A DNA stretch of 64,000 nt from positions 3,978 through 67,977 of the forward strand of contig DASZGL010000006.1 of the NCBI GenBank assembly GCA_035938875.1, written 5' to 3'. Below are positions 1 through 10,303 of this stretch, one piece after another. The translations under genes were made by a program, and so were the position numbers. Numbering within the stretch: the stretch's first letter is position 1; each line of letters starts with the position of its first letter. Under the pieces are notes generated by a model that saw only the letters and a list, made by a program, of their open reading frames with translations, was not told the origin of the DNA and ran no database searches. This DNA is from Candidatus Dormiibacterota bacterium (GTDB taxonomy: Bacteria; Chloroflexota; Dormibacteria; Aeolococcales; Aeolococcaceae).

Positions 1-1451
<1,451 letters not shown>

Positions 1452-1624
1452 GCGCAGCGTTTGACCGATTTCCACTGGGTTTTCCACAGAGTCCACACAG
1501 CGCCGCTGTCATAAAACCATGACCGAGGGGCAGTAAACCCCACCCTGGTGTGGATTGTCGATCGATCGCCGATCCCGCTCCGGCGTCCTGTCGCAGGACA
1601 CCTGGTGCCATCATCCATATCGAC

Positions 1625-1810
1625 ATGAAGGCCCCGGTGCTCTGCCTCGACTGCCACGAGGAGTACATGGACCTCGACCTCGCCATGGACCACCAACACC
1701 TGGTGTGCCCCGGCTGCGAGCGTGTCTGGTGCGCCGTGTGCATCGCTCGCATCGAGGTGCCGATCTCGGCGGAGTGGCGGCGCCGTCAGCGGGTGGCCCA
1801 CCTCAACTAA
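1625..1810 (+). CDS. Small Cys-rich (three CxxC) putative zinc-ribbon protein, 61 aa
   Basis: Internal ATG of ORF 1550..1810 gives 'MKAPVLCLDCHEEY...VCPGCERVWCAVCIA'. It lies in the 440-nt acs/odhA spacer. No family recognised, so coding status is uncertain. Confidence 0.3.
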   Translation: MKAPVLCLDCHEEYMDLDLAMDHQHLVCPGCERVWCAVCIARIEVPISAEWRRRQRVAHLN

Positions 1811-1891
1811 CCGGGTGTTCAGCGCCCTGCTCAACGCGCCGGGACCGCCGTCTGGACGCGCAGGCGTGAGCGGTGGTGCGACCATAGATGC

Positions 1892-4800
1892 GTGCCAGAT
1901 TCCGTTCAGATCACCCTGCCCGCGATGGGGGAGTCCGTCACCGAGGGTACCGTCGTCGAATGGCGCAAGCGGGAGGGCGACCCGGTCACTGAGGGTGAGG
2001 TGGTCGCCGACGTCACCACCGACAAGGTCGATGTTGAGGTGCCGGCGCCGGCTGGCGGTGTGCTGCGGCGCATCATCGTCGGCGCCGGTGAGTCCGCCGC
2101 CGTGGGCGCGGCGATCGCCGAGATCGAGGTCGGTGCGAAAGCGACAGCCGCACCAACGTCGGCGCCGGCCACGCGGGTCAGCGCCGAGGGCGACGGTGCG
2201 GCCGCGGCGGAGCCCGCCGCCGCGCCGTCGGCGCCGGCGTCGACCGGCACAGCCGGGCAACCGGCGGTCGCCGAGCGACCAGCGGCGGCCGAGCAACCAG
2301 CGGCCGTGGTGCAACCGGCTGTGGCGCCGCCGGTCGTCGATCATCCCGAGGTGGCGGCATCGCCCCTGGCCCGCCGCGCGGCTGCCCTGGCGGGCGTCGA
2401 TCTGAGCACCGTGCACGGCAGCGGACCGGGCGGGCTGATCCGCGGTGGCGACGTCGGCGCCGCGGCCAACGGCCCGGCTCCGTCCGCGGTCACGCCGGTG
2501 GCGAAGTCGGCAGGAGCTCCGTCGCCGCCCAGCGGACCCCCGCCCGAGGGCGCAACCCAGCTTCGCGGACCCGCGGCGGCGCTGGCCGCGTACATGGAGC
2601 AGTCGCGGGAGATCCCCACGGCGACGTCGTTCCGCAGCCTCGAGGTCGACGCGCTGGAGGCGCGCCGTCGCGAGCTCAACGCGGCGATCACCGCCGCCGG
2701 CCGCCCCGAGAAGGTCAGCTTCACCCATCTCATCGGTTACGCCATCGTCCGCGCGACCCTCGACGTGCCCAGCATGACCGCGCACTTCGAGCGTCACGGG
2801 GAAAAGCCGCTGCGGGTGCAACCGGGCACGCACCTCGGTCTCGCCGTGGACGTGACCCGCAAGGACGGCAGCCGGTCCCTGGTCGTGCCCGTCATCCGCG
2901 ACGCCACCGATCGCGACTTCGCCTCCTTCCGCGACGAGTACGAGCGAGTTGTGGCCAAAGCGCGCACCAACACCCTCACCGTCGATGAGCTGCGTGGCGC
3001 GAGCATCACCCTGACCAACCCCGGCGGCATCGGCACCGTGGCGTCGGTACCGCGGCTGATGCCTCTGCAGGGGACCATCATCGCCACCGGCTCCATCGAT
3101 TTCCCCGCGGGTGTGCGCAACGTGGGCGAGGCGCGCCTACGCGACCTTGGGGTCACCAAGGTGATGACCATGACCAGCACCTACGACCACCGCGTCATCC
3201 AGGGCGCGGAGTCGGGGGAGTTCCTGCGCCGCATCGAGGAGCTGCTCAACGGCGCCGACGGCTTCTACACGGCGGTGTTCCGCAGCCTGGGGTTGCCGGC
3301 GCCGGCCAGCCAGCCGCCGATGCCCGAGCTCAGCGCCGAAGCCGCTGCGCGGGTGCAGCAGGTGGGCGGTGACGGCCGGCTGAGCAACGAGATCCTCAGC
3401 GCTGTGAGTGCGGGGATGTCGCTGGTCAAGGCGCATCGCACCCACGGTCACCTCGGCGCCCGGCTCGACCCCTTGGGCACCGATCCGTTGGGCGATCCCT
3501 CGATGGACCCGGCCACCGTCGGTCTCACTCCGGCGCTGATGGCCGCCGTACCCGCAGCGGTGCTGCGCACCTATGTGCGCGGTGCCACGCTCGCCGACAT
3601 CCTGCCAAAGTTGCGCGAAACGTACTGCGGCACCATCGCCTACGAGATCGAGCACATCAGCAGTCACGAGCAACGCGTCTGGCTGCGTGAGCACATCGAG
3701 TCGGGAGCGCATCGCATGCCCCTGTCGCCGGAGCGCAAGCTGCAGCTGCTCCAGCGGCTTACCAAAGTCGACGCCATGGAGCGCTATCTGCGCCGCACGT
3801 TCATCGGCCAGAAGACGTTCAGCATCGAGGGTCTCGACGCTATGGTGCCCATGCTCGAGGAGCTGCTCACCATGGTCGCCGACGACGGCATCGGGCAGGT
3901 GGTCATGGGCATGGCCCACCGGGGCCGGCTGGCCACCATCGCTCACGTCGTCAACCGCCCCTACGAATCGATCCTCGTCGCCTTCGAGCAGGGAGAGCAG
4001 CGCCGTCGCGTCGGCGAGAGCCCCACCGATCCGACGGGCGACGTCAAGTACCACCTCGGCGCCATCGGCACGTATCTCACCGAGTCGGGCAGGGCCATCA
4101 CCGTGCGACTGCTGCCCAATCCCTCCCACCTCGAAGCCGTCGACCCGGTCGTCGAGGGCTGGACGCGGGCCGAGCAGACGCGACGCAGCGCCTCCACGCT
4201 GCACGTCGATCCCACCGCAGCGCTGCCCCTGCTGATCCACGGCGACGCCGCTTTCCCGGCGCAGGGTGTGGTCGCCGAGGTGCTCAACCTGCAGTCCTTG
4301 CAGGGGTATGGCACCGGCGGCACGGTGCACGTCATCGCCAACAACCAGGTGGGCTTCACCACCGATCCCAGTGAGGCGCGCTCCACTCGCTACGCCTCGG
4401 ACCTGGCCAAGGGCTTCGACATCCCCATCATCCACATCAACGCCGACGATCTCGAGGCGAGCATCCAGGGGATGCGGCTGGCCTACGAGTTTCGCCGCAC
4501 CTTCCACCGCGACGTGGTGCTCGACCTCATCGGCTACCGCCGTTTTGGTCACAACGAGACCGACGAGCCGGCGTACACGCAGCCGAAGATGTACGACCGC
4601 ATCCGCTCACACGCGACGGTGCGCGAGATCTTCGCCCAGCAGCTCATCGACGAGGGCCTGATCACCAAGGACGACGCCGAGGCGCGGGCCCAGGCGGCCT
4701 ATGACCGCGTCCAGCAGGCGCACCACAAGGTGAAGGCGACGACCGCCACGGTGGTCAGTGACGACGGCGCCGAGCCGCAGCAGAGCAACGGCAGCCAGGA

Positions 4801-6031
4801 GCGCGACATCCACACCGGCGTGCCCGTCGCCGAGCTGCTCGGACTCAACGAGCAGCTGCTCAGCTTCCCCGAGCGGTTCACCGTGAATCCCAAGCTGGTC
4901 AAGCAGATCGAGCGCCGCCGCGCCGAGGTTCGCGACGAGCACATCGTCGACTGGCCGACAGCGGAGTCGCTGGCGTTTGCCTCGCTGCTGCTGCAGGGCC
5001 GCCCCATCAGGCTCACCGGGCAGGACACCGAGCGCGGCACCTTCAGCCAGCGTCACCTCGTGTTCCACGACGTCCGTACCGGCGGCGAATGGACACCGAT
5101 GCAGCAACTCGTCGGCGCCACGTCGACCTTCGAGCTGCACAACAGTCCACTGAGCGAGGAGGGCGCGCTGGGCTTCGAGTACGGCTACAGCGCATCGGCG
5201 CCGGACACGCTGGTGCTCTGGGAGGCTCAGTTCGGCGACTTCGTCAACGGCGCCCAGGTGATCGTCGACCAGTTCATCTCGTCGGGATACGCCAAGTGGG
5301 GGCAGCAGTCCCGGCTGACGCTGCTCCTGCCGCACGGCTACGAGGGCCAGGGACCTGACCACTCCAGTGCGCGACTGGAGCGTTTCCTTCAGCTCGCCGT
5401 CAACGGCAACATCGGCGTTGCCAACTGCTCGACCGCGGCCCAGTACTTCCACCTGCTGCGGCTGCAGTCGCTCTCTCCGCGGCCGCGTCCGCTGGTGGTG
5501 ATGACCCCCAAGTCGCTGCTGCGCAGCCGTGAGGCGGCGTCCGCGCTCGACCAACTGGCACGGGGTCGCTTCATGCCGGTCATCGACGATCCGCTCATGG
5601 CCGAGCGTCATGCCGAGGTGCGCACCCTGCTGCTCTGCAGCGGGAAGATCTACTGGGACATGACGCTCAGTCCGCTGCGCGCCAACGCCCAGCGCACCGC
5701 GATCGCGCGCGTCGAGATGCTCGATCCCTTGCCTGTGGCAGAGATCCTCGCGCTGATCGGCAGCTATCCGAAGCTCGAGCAGCTGATGTGGGTGCAGGAG
5801 GAGCCACGCAACAAGGGCGCCTGGCTGCACATCGCCCGGCCCATCGGGCGCAACCGGCCGTACGACATCCGCTGGGACTACATCGGCAGGCCACCGCGGG
5901 CCAGCGCGAGCGAGGGATACCACGGCGCCCACCTGCTCGAACAGGAGCGGATCATCACCGAGGCGCTGACCGTCGAGCAGACGCCGTCGGAGCAGGCCCT
6001 GGCACTGGCGCGAAGCGGATCCTCGTCGTGA
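1892..6031 (+). CDS. odhA: Fused 2-oxoglutarate dehydrogenase: lipoyl domain + E3-binding domain + E2o acyltransferase core + E1o (OdhA/Kgd-like), 1379 aa
   Basis: Domains in order: N-terminal lipoyl domain 'GESVTEGTVVEW...VTTDKVDVEV' (lipoyl Lys codon 2024-2026); Ala/Pro linker; PSBD-like 'SPLARRAAALAGVDLSTVHGSGPGGLIRGGDV'; acyltransferase core ending 'TSTYDHRVIQGAESGEFLRRIEELL'; then a long E1o region ('HRTHGHLGARLDPLG', 'MGMAHRGRLATIAHV', 'GDAAFPAQGVVAE', 'LLLPHGYEGQGPDHSSARLERFLQ'). Confidence 0.93.
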   Translation: MPDSVQITLPAMGESVTEGTVVEWRKREGDPVTEGEVVADVTTDKVDVEVPAPAGGVLRRIIVGAGESAAVGAAIAEIEVGAKATAAPTSAPATRVSAEGDGAAAAEPAAAPSAPASTGTAGQPAVAERPAAAEQPAAVVQPAVAPPVVDHPEVAASPLARRAAALAGVDLSTVHGSGPGGLIRGGDVGAAANGPAPSAVTPVAKSAGAPSPPSGPPPEGATQLRGPAAALAAYMEQSREIPTATSFRSLEVDALEARRRELNAAITAAGRPEKVSFTHLIGYAIVRATLDVPSMTAHFERHGEKPLRVQPGTHLGLAVDVTRKDGSRSLVVPVIRDATDRDFASFRDEYERVVAKARTNTLTVDELRGASITLTNPGGIGTVASVPRLMPLQGTIIATGSIDFPAGVRNVGEARLRDLGVTKVMTMTSTYDHRVIQGAESGEFLRRIEELLNGADGFYTAVFRSLGLPAPASQPPMPELSAEAAARVQQVGGDGRLSNEILSAVSAGMSLVKAHRTHGHLGARLDPLGTDPLGDPSMDPATVGLTPALMAAVPAAVLRTYVRGATLADILPKLRETYCGTIAYEIEHISSHEQRVWLREHIESGAHRMPLSPERKLQLLQRLTKVDAMERYLRRTFIGQKTFSIEGLDAMVPMLEELLTMVADDGIGQVVMGMAHRGRLATIAHVVNRPYESILVAFEQGEQRRRVGESPTDPTGDVKYHLGAIGTYLTESGRAITVRLLPNPSHLEAVDPVVEGWTRAEQTRRSASTLHVDPTAALPLLIHGDAAFPAQGVVAEVLNLQSLQGYGTGGTVHVIANNQVGFTTDPSEARSTRYASDLAKGFDIPIIHINADDLEASIQGMRLAYEFRRTFHRDVVLDLIGYRRFGHNETDEPAYTQPKMYDRIRSHATVREIFAQQLIDEGLITKDDAEARAQAAYDRVQQAHHKVKATTATVVSDDGAEPQQSNGSQERDIHTGVPVAELLGLNEQLLSFPERFTVNPKLVKQIERRRAEVRDEHIVDWPTAESLAFASLLLQGRPIRLTGQDTERGTFSQRHLVFHDVRTGGEWTPMQQLVGATSTFELHNSPLSEEGALGFEYGYSASAPDTLVLWEAQFGDFVNGAQVIVDQFISSGYAKWGQQSRLTLLLPHGYEGQGPDHSSARLERFLQLAVNGNIGVANCSTAAQYFHLLRLQSLSPRPRPLVVMTPKSLLRSREAASALDQLARGRFMPVIDDPLMAERHAEVRTLLLCSGKIYWDMTLSPLRANAQRTAIARVEMLDPLPVAEILALIGSYPKLEQLMWVQEEPRNKGAWLHIARPIGRNRPYDIRWDYIGRPPRASASEGYHGAHLLEQERIITEALTVEQTPSEQALALARSGSSS

Positions 6032-7428
6032 CCGAATCCGGAGCGGGGGCGGGGTTGCCGCGCGCCAAGGTGGTCGTCCTCGGCGGCGGACCGGCCGGCG
6101 ACGTCGCCGCGCTGCGCGGCGCCCAGCTTGGTGCCGAGGTCACGCTCATCGAGCGCGCTGAGCTCGGCGGCACCTGTCTCAACTGGGGATGCATCCCCAC
6201 CAAAGCGCTGCTGGCCTCAGCCGACCTGCTGCGCAAGATCCGGCGTGCCGCCGACTTCGGCATCGAGGTCGGTGACGTCCGCGTCGACTTCTCACGCATG
6301 ATGGAGCGCAAGGAGGAGGTGGTCCTGCGCATGCGCGGCGGCGTCGAAGCGGCGTGCAAGCGCAAGAAGGTGCGCGTGGTCAAGGAGCATGGCGTGATCG
6401 ATGACTCCGCGGTCATTGCCGCCGGCGAGCGCATCGAGTACGACCAGCTCATCGTCTGCGTCGGCACCGAACCGTACGGACTGCCCGGCGTCGACATGGA
6501 GCATCCGTCGGTGGTCACCTCCAACGGCGTGCTTCGCCTCGAGCGCATCCCCGAGCGACTACTGATCGTCGGCGGCGGCGTCATCGGTTGCGAGTTCGCC
6601 AGCTTCTTCGCGCCTCTGGGCACAGAGATCACCGTGGTCGAGATGCTGCCCCAGATCCTCGCCGGCGTCGAGGCACGCATCGTCACCCAGTTCCGCAAGC
6701 TCATGGAACAGCAGGGAGTCACGTTCCTCACCGGGCGCAAGCTCGACAAGGTCGTCGAGTACCGCGCCGACGAGCTCACCGTGCAGCTCGACGACGGATC
6801 GAAGCTTGACTGCGACGTCATGCTCATCGGTATCGGCCGGCGTCCGGAGACGCGGGACATCGGCCTCGAGAAGGCCGGCGTCAGGCTCACCGACCAGGGA
6901 CACATCGAGGTCGACGAGCGCCTGCAAACCGCCAACCCCAGGATCTGGGCAGCAGGAGACTGCATCGGCGGCTTGCAGCTGGCGCACCTCGCCAGCAAGG
7001 AGGCGGAGCGCGCCGTGGAGAACGCGCTCGGTCACCACCCCAGGGCGATCGATCGCACGGTGGTGCCCTCGTGCATCTACACCCATCCCGAAATTGCCAC
7101 GGTCGGCCTCAACTCGGAGGCCGCGAAGGCCGCCGGTCATGAGGTGAAGCTTGGCCAGGCGCGCTTTCTCGGCAACGGCAAGGCGCTCGGCGAGGGCGAG
7201 CCCGACGGAGTGGCGATCGTGGTCTGTGACGCCGGCACCGACCTGCTCCTGGGCGCCACGGTCATGGGGGTGCACAGCGTGGAGATCATCAGCGAGGTCG
7301 GCGTGGCCATGAGCGACGGCCTGAGCCTCAGCGAGCTCGCCGACATCATCCACGCCCATCCCACGGTGAGCGAGGTGGTGATGGATTCGGCGCAGCAGGC
7401 CGAGGGAGTCGCGCCCTACCTGTCCTAG
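6028..7428 (+). CDS. lpd: Dihydrolipoyl dehydrogenase (E3)
   Basis: 'VVVLGGGPAGDVAALRGAQLG' FAD fold, redox disulfide 'GGTCLNWGCIPTKALL', C-terminal 'HAHPTVSEVV'. The GTG at 6028 overlaps the odhA TGA (GTGA), so the upstream part of track ORF 5788.. is read-through in another gene. Confidence 0.93.
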   Translation: MTESGAGAGLPRAKVVVLGGGPAGDVAALRGAQLGAEVTLIERAELGGTCLNWGCIPTKALLASADLLRKIRRAADFGIEVGDVRVDFSRMMERKEEVVLRMRGGVEAACKRKKVRVVKEHGVIDDSAVIAAGERIEYDQLIVCVGTEPYGLPGVDMEHPSVVTSNGVLRLERIPERLLIVGGGVIGCEFASFFAPLGTEITVVEMLPQILAGVEARIVTQFRKLMEQQGVTFLTGRKLDKVVEYRADELTVQLDDGSKLDCDVMLIGIGRRPETRDIGLEKAGVRLTDQGHIEVDERLQTANPRIWAAGDCIGGLQLAHLASKEAERAVENALGHHPRAIDRTVVPSCIYTHPEIATVGLNSEAAKAAGHEVKLGQARFLGNGKALGEGEPDGVAIVVCDAGTDLLLGATVMGVHSVEIISEVGVAMSDGLSLSELADIIHAHPTVSEVVMDSAQQAEGVAPYLS

Positions 7429-7473
7429 CGGGCGCCGATCCTTACGGTCCTGCCCTCTCCGCTCTGACCGTCG

Positions 7474-8004
7474 TCAGGCGCCGATGCGGCGAAGGTCCTC
7501 GGCGTGACGGCGCCGGCGCTGGGCGACACGCAGGTGCCACACCGTGCGCAGCTCGCGCAGCGCCACGAGCAAGGCGATTCCCGCCAGGACCAGCAGGCTG
7601 ACGCCGAGCCAGCGGGGCCCGAGCGAGGTCGCGGTCGTCCCCGCGGTGGTCAGCACCGCGGCGGCGCTGAGGAGGATGGCCAGGGTCAGCGCATGGGCGG
7701 CGATTCGTGCGGTCTCGACGAGGGTCCGGCGCAGCTGCAGGGCGCGGGCGCGTACCCCGGCGGCGGCGTCGACGGGATCGCGAGGAGGTGCCCCGGTCCC
7801 TGGAGTTCGCCAGGGGGGCGGTGTCGCCCGGCCGCCCGCGGTTGCCGTTCGCCGGCGAACGGCGCCCAGCAGCCACAGAGTCAGCAGTCGGGTGAGAAAC
7901 CTGGCGAGAACCGGCACGCTTCCATCATCCCCCTTTGCCGCGTCCGCCACACCGGGGAATTCACCCGCTGACAAGCTGGCAATGAGCCTGTCTGCCGCGT
8001 ACAC
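7474..8004 (-). CDS. Hypothetical membrane protein (about 3 predicted TM helices)
   Basis: Hydrophobic stretches 'FLTRLLTLWLLGAV', 'AAHALTLAILLSAAAVLTTAG', 'WLGVSLLVLAGIALLVAL'. The competing + strand ORFs are Arg/Ser/Ala-rich and not protein-like. No family recognised. Confidence 0.35.
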   Translation of the reverse strand: MYAADRLIASLSAGEFPGVADAAKGDDGSVPVLARFLTRLLTLWLLGAVRRRTATAGGRATPPPWRTPGTGAPPRDPVDAAAGVRARALQLRRTLVETARIAAHALTLAILLSAAAVLTTAGTTATSLGPRWLGVSLLVLAGIALLVALRELRTVWHLRVAQRRRRHAEDLRRIGA

Positions 8005-8089
8005 TGCGGGAACGGAGGTCGCCCGGTGACGGGTGTACGATACGCGGGCAGCCCAGGCGCCAATTTCTTGAGCACTTCACCCCTTCCTG

Positions 8090-8121
8090 GCGGGCGGGCC
8101 GGAAACGGACCGCCCGCTTTT
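8090..8121 (+). terminator. Intrinsic-terminator-like hairpin with T-tract (orphan on + strand)
   Basis: GCGGGCGG(8090-8097)...CCGCCCGC(8110-8117) stem plus 3 inner bp, GAAA loop, followed by TTTT (8118-8121). No + strand CDS ends nearby. Confidence 0.35.
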
Positions 8122-8240
8122 AGTTGAGGGGGGATGCTCCCCCTATGACGCTGCCGACCGGGCTACCTGGGGATCGACAGGGGTCGGTGATACAGTCGGG
8201 TGCTGTCGGCGGGTTGCAGCGGTGGCGAGGAGGAAAGGCG

Positions 8241-8471
8241 ATGGTGCGGGCCTACGTGATGATCAGCGCGTCGCCGGGCAAGGCGATCGACGTCGCCACC
8301 CGCCTCGTGGGGCAGGAGGGCATCATTCAGGCTGACGCGATCACCGGGGAGTACGACGTCATCGCCCAGGTGCAGGCCGACGATGTCGCCGGTGTGGGCA
8401 GCCTCATCGTCGAGAAGATCCAGCGAGTCGACGGCGTCTTCAAGACGGTCACCTGTCTGGCTGTCCAGTAG
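8241..8471 (+). CDS. Stand-alone Lrp/AsnC-type ligand-binding (RAM) domain protein, 76 aa
   Basis: 'MVRAYVMISASPGKAIDVATRLVGQEGIIQADAITGEYDVIAQVQADD...' is typical of the AsnC_trans_reg fold without an HTH. ATG 8241 is preceded by GGAGGA. Confidence 0.75.
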   Translation: MVRAYVMISASPGKAIDVATRLVGQEGIIQADAITGEYDVIAQVQADDVAGVGSLIVEKIQRVDGVFKTVTCLAVQ

Positions 8472-8479
8472 ACGGCGCG

Positions 8480-9382
8480 GTGGGGGAGACCCGGTCCGGC
8501 GGGGACACGGGAGGCCCCGCCCTCGTCGAGGGTCGCGCCGGACTTCGCGGTCTTCTCCAGCTCTACGCCGAGTCCCTCGTCCGGCTCCGCGGCGGCCGCC
8601 ACCTGCGGTGCTCCCTGGTGTTCTGGACCGGCCTCGGTCTGGTGCTCATCGAGGCCTTCGCCGTGGGTGTCGCGCAGATGGACTCGAGGCGCAGCGCGGT
8701 CGTCGCCGCGGGGATCGCCGCGTTGTGGTGGCTGCTCATCAGCAGCGTTCTCGTCGGCGGCATCTCGCTGCTGCGCACCCCCGACGGAGCCCGCATCGAC
8801 TACATCGGCGTGCCCAACGGCCTCACCGCGCTGCGCGCCTGGTCCTGCTATCCCCTGCTGCTCTGCGCAACGCTGACGCTTCCCGGGCAGGTGGGTCTCA
8901 TCCTCTGGTGCTCGATCGGCGCGCCCGCAGGACTTCTCGACATGGTTGACGGATACATCGCTCGCCGCGTGGGACCTCTGACCGAGCTGGGGCGTGCCCT
9001 CGACCCCGCCGGCGACGCCCTGTTCTTCTCCATGGCCGCGCTGGGCAACTTCGCCCTGGGGATCGTGCCCGGCTGGCTCGGCGGGCTCATGTTGGTGCGC
9101 TACGTGGGACCGTTGGTGGCCACACCGGTTGTCTTTCTGGCGCGCCGCCGGCCCGAGCTCGTCTACACGGAATGGGGTCGGAGGAACACCCTGGCCACCG
9201 GTGTGGTCCTCTTCGTGTGCATGTGGGTGCGCATCTTCAGCGGCCCGGTGTCGCTCGTCGCCCTGCTCGTCGGCGCACCCCTGCTGGGGACGACGACGAT
9301 CCTCCACTTCGCCGCCCTGGCACGGCGCGCCTACCTGGCTCCCGTGGTGCGCGAAGGGCGGCGCGAGCGTCGCGCGACTTGA
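8480..9382 (+). CDS. CDP-alcohol phosphatidyltransferase family membrane protein
   Basis: Signature 'DMVDGYIARRVGPLTELGRALDPAGDALFF' (DGx2ARx8Gx3Dx3D) and multiple TM helices. Confidence 0.8.
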   Translation: MGETRSGGDTGGPALVEGRAGLRGLLQLYAESLVRLRGGRHLRCSLVFWTGLGLVLIEAFAVGVAQMDSRRSAVVAAGIAALWWLLISSVLVGGISLLRTPDGARIDYIGVPNGLTALRAWSCYPLLLCATLTLPGQVGLILWCSIGAPAGLLDMVDGYIARRVGPLTELGRALDPAGDALFFSMAALGNFALGIVPGWLGGLMLVRYVGPLVATPVVFLARRRPELVYTEWGRRNTLATGVVLFVCMWVRIFSGPVSLVALLVGAPLLGTTTILHFAALARRAYLAPVVREGRRERRAT

Positions 9383-9388
9383 CCGCGC

Positions 9389-10303
9389 TCAGCGGCGCTG
9401 CTGCTGTTGCTGTTGTTGCCAGCCCAGCGCGGACCCTCGTGCGGCGACCTCGGCGATGCGCGGCTCGATGATGTTCACCCGCACCGTCACCTCCGGTTGG
9501 TCGGCAACAGCGGCTCCGAAGAACAGCCCGCGATGCGGCGCGACGTCGCTGTAGTCGCGACCGACGGCCAGCCGCAGGTGCTCCACCGAGATGAGCCCCC
9601 CGTGTGTCGGGTCGATGCCGGTCCAGCGACCGTCGGCGCCGCAGACCTCCGCCCAGGCGTGTGACACGCCCTCGACCGACGTCTCCTCACCGGCAGGTCC
9701 CAGGTAGCCGCTGACGTAGCGCGTCGGCCAGCCAGCCCTGCGCGCCATGGCGATGAAGAGGTGGGTGAAGTCCTGACACACGCCGGCGCCACCGCTGAGC
9801 AGCTCGTCTATCCCGCTGTCGACGGTGGTCGCCCCAGTCACGTATCGGAACTCGCGCTGGATCGCGGCGGCGACCTCGAGGAGCGCGTCCATGGAGCGGT
9901 CGTCGCCGCACCAGCGCTGCCACAGCGCCGCGGCCGCCGAGATCGCGGGTACCCTCGGGCTGGGGAGCGCGTACTCCAGACGGGGGTCTCGCTCCAGCAC
10001 GCCGGGGTCCCAGGGCAGCGCCCTGCGACGGCGCACCATGCCGTTCTCGACGACCGCCTCGACGGCGAAGACCAGCGTTGTGTGCGGCGTGCCGACATCG
10101 ATGCGGTGCACGTAGTTGGCGAAGTAGTCGACCCTTGTCCGGGGCACCGCCGGCGGCGAGGTCATCAGCGCGAAGGCGAGGGTACGCTGCGTTCCCCGGT
10201 CACGGGGGCGCATGCGCACCTCGTTGTACGAGGGCGCGACCGGCTCGGAGTAGCGCAGTGTGGTGCGATGGGAGACGGCGTAGGTTACGAGGTCAGCACC
10301 CAC
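9389..10303 (-). CDS. Transglutaminase-like cysteine protease family protein (Bact_transglu_N + core)
   Basis: Catalytic Cys 'GVCQDFTHLFIAMARRAGWPTRYVSGYL', His 'SHAWAEV', Asp 'GIDPTHG'. Ends in a poly-Q tail 'WQQQQQQQRR'. Confidence 0.85.
   Translation of the reverse strand: MGADLVTYAVSHRTTLRYSEPVAPSYNEVRMRPRDRGTQRTLAFALMTSPPAVPRTRVDYFANYVHRIDVGTPHTTLVFAVEAVVENGMVRRRRALPWDPGVLERDPRLEYALPSPRVPAISAAAALWQRWCGDDRSMDALLEVAAAIQREFRYVTGATTVDSGIDELLSGGAGVCQDFTHLFIAMARRAGWPTRYVSGYLGPAGEETSVEGVSHAWAEVCGADGRWTGIDPTHGGLISVEHLRLAVGRDYSDVAPHRGLFFGAAVADQPEVTVRVNIIEPRIAEVAARGSALGWQQQQQQQRR

Noticed and set aside
5788-6027. N-terminal 80 aa of track ORF 5788..7428 as part of lpd
   Set aside because: It overlaps the 3' end of the odhA-like gene in another frame. 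The family N-terminus (GxGxxG 'VVVLGGGPAG') begins just after GTG 6028, which overlaps the odhA stop.
9398-9418. (CTG/TTG)7 trinucleotide run (poly-Q tail of the transglutaminase) as a phase-variation tract
   Set aside because: Slippage would stay in frame and only change Q number at the extreme C-terminus. The mixed CAG/CAA units reduce slippage. I see no evidence of a switch function.
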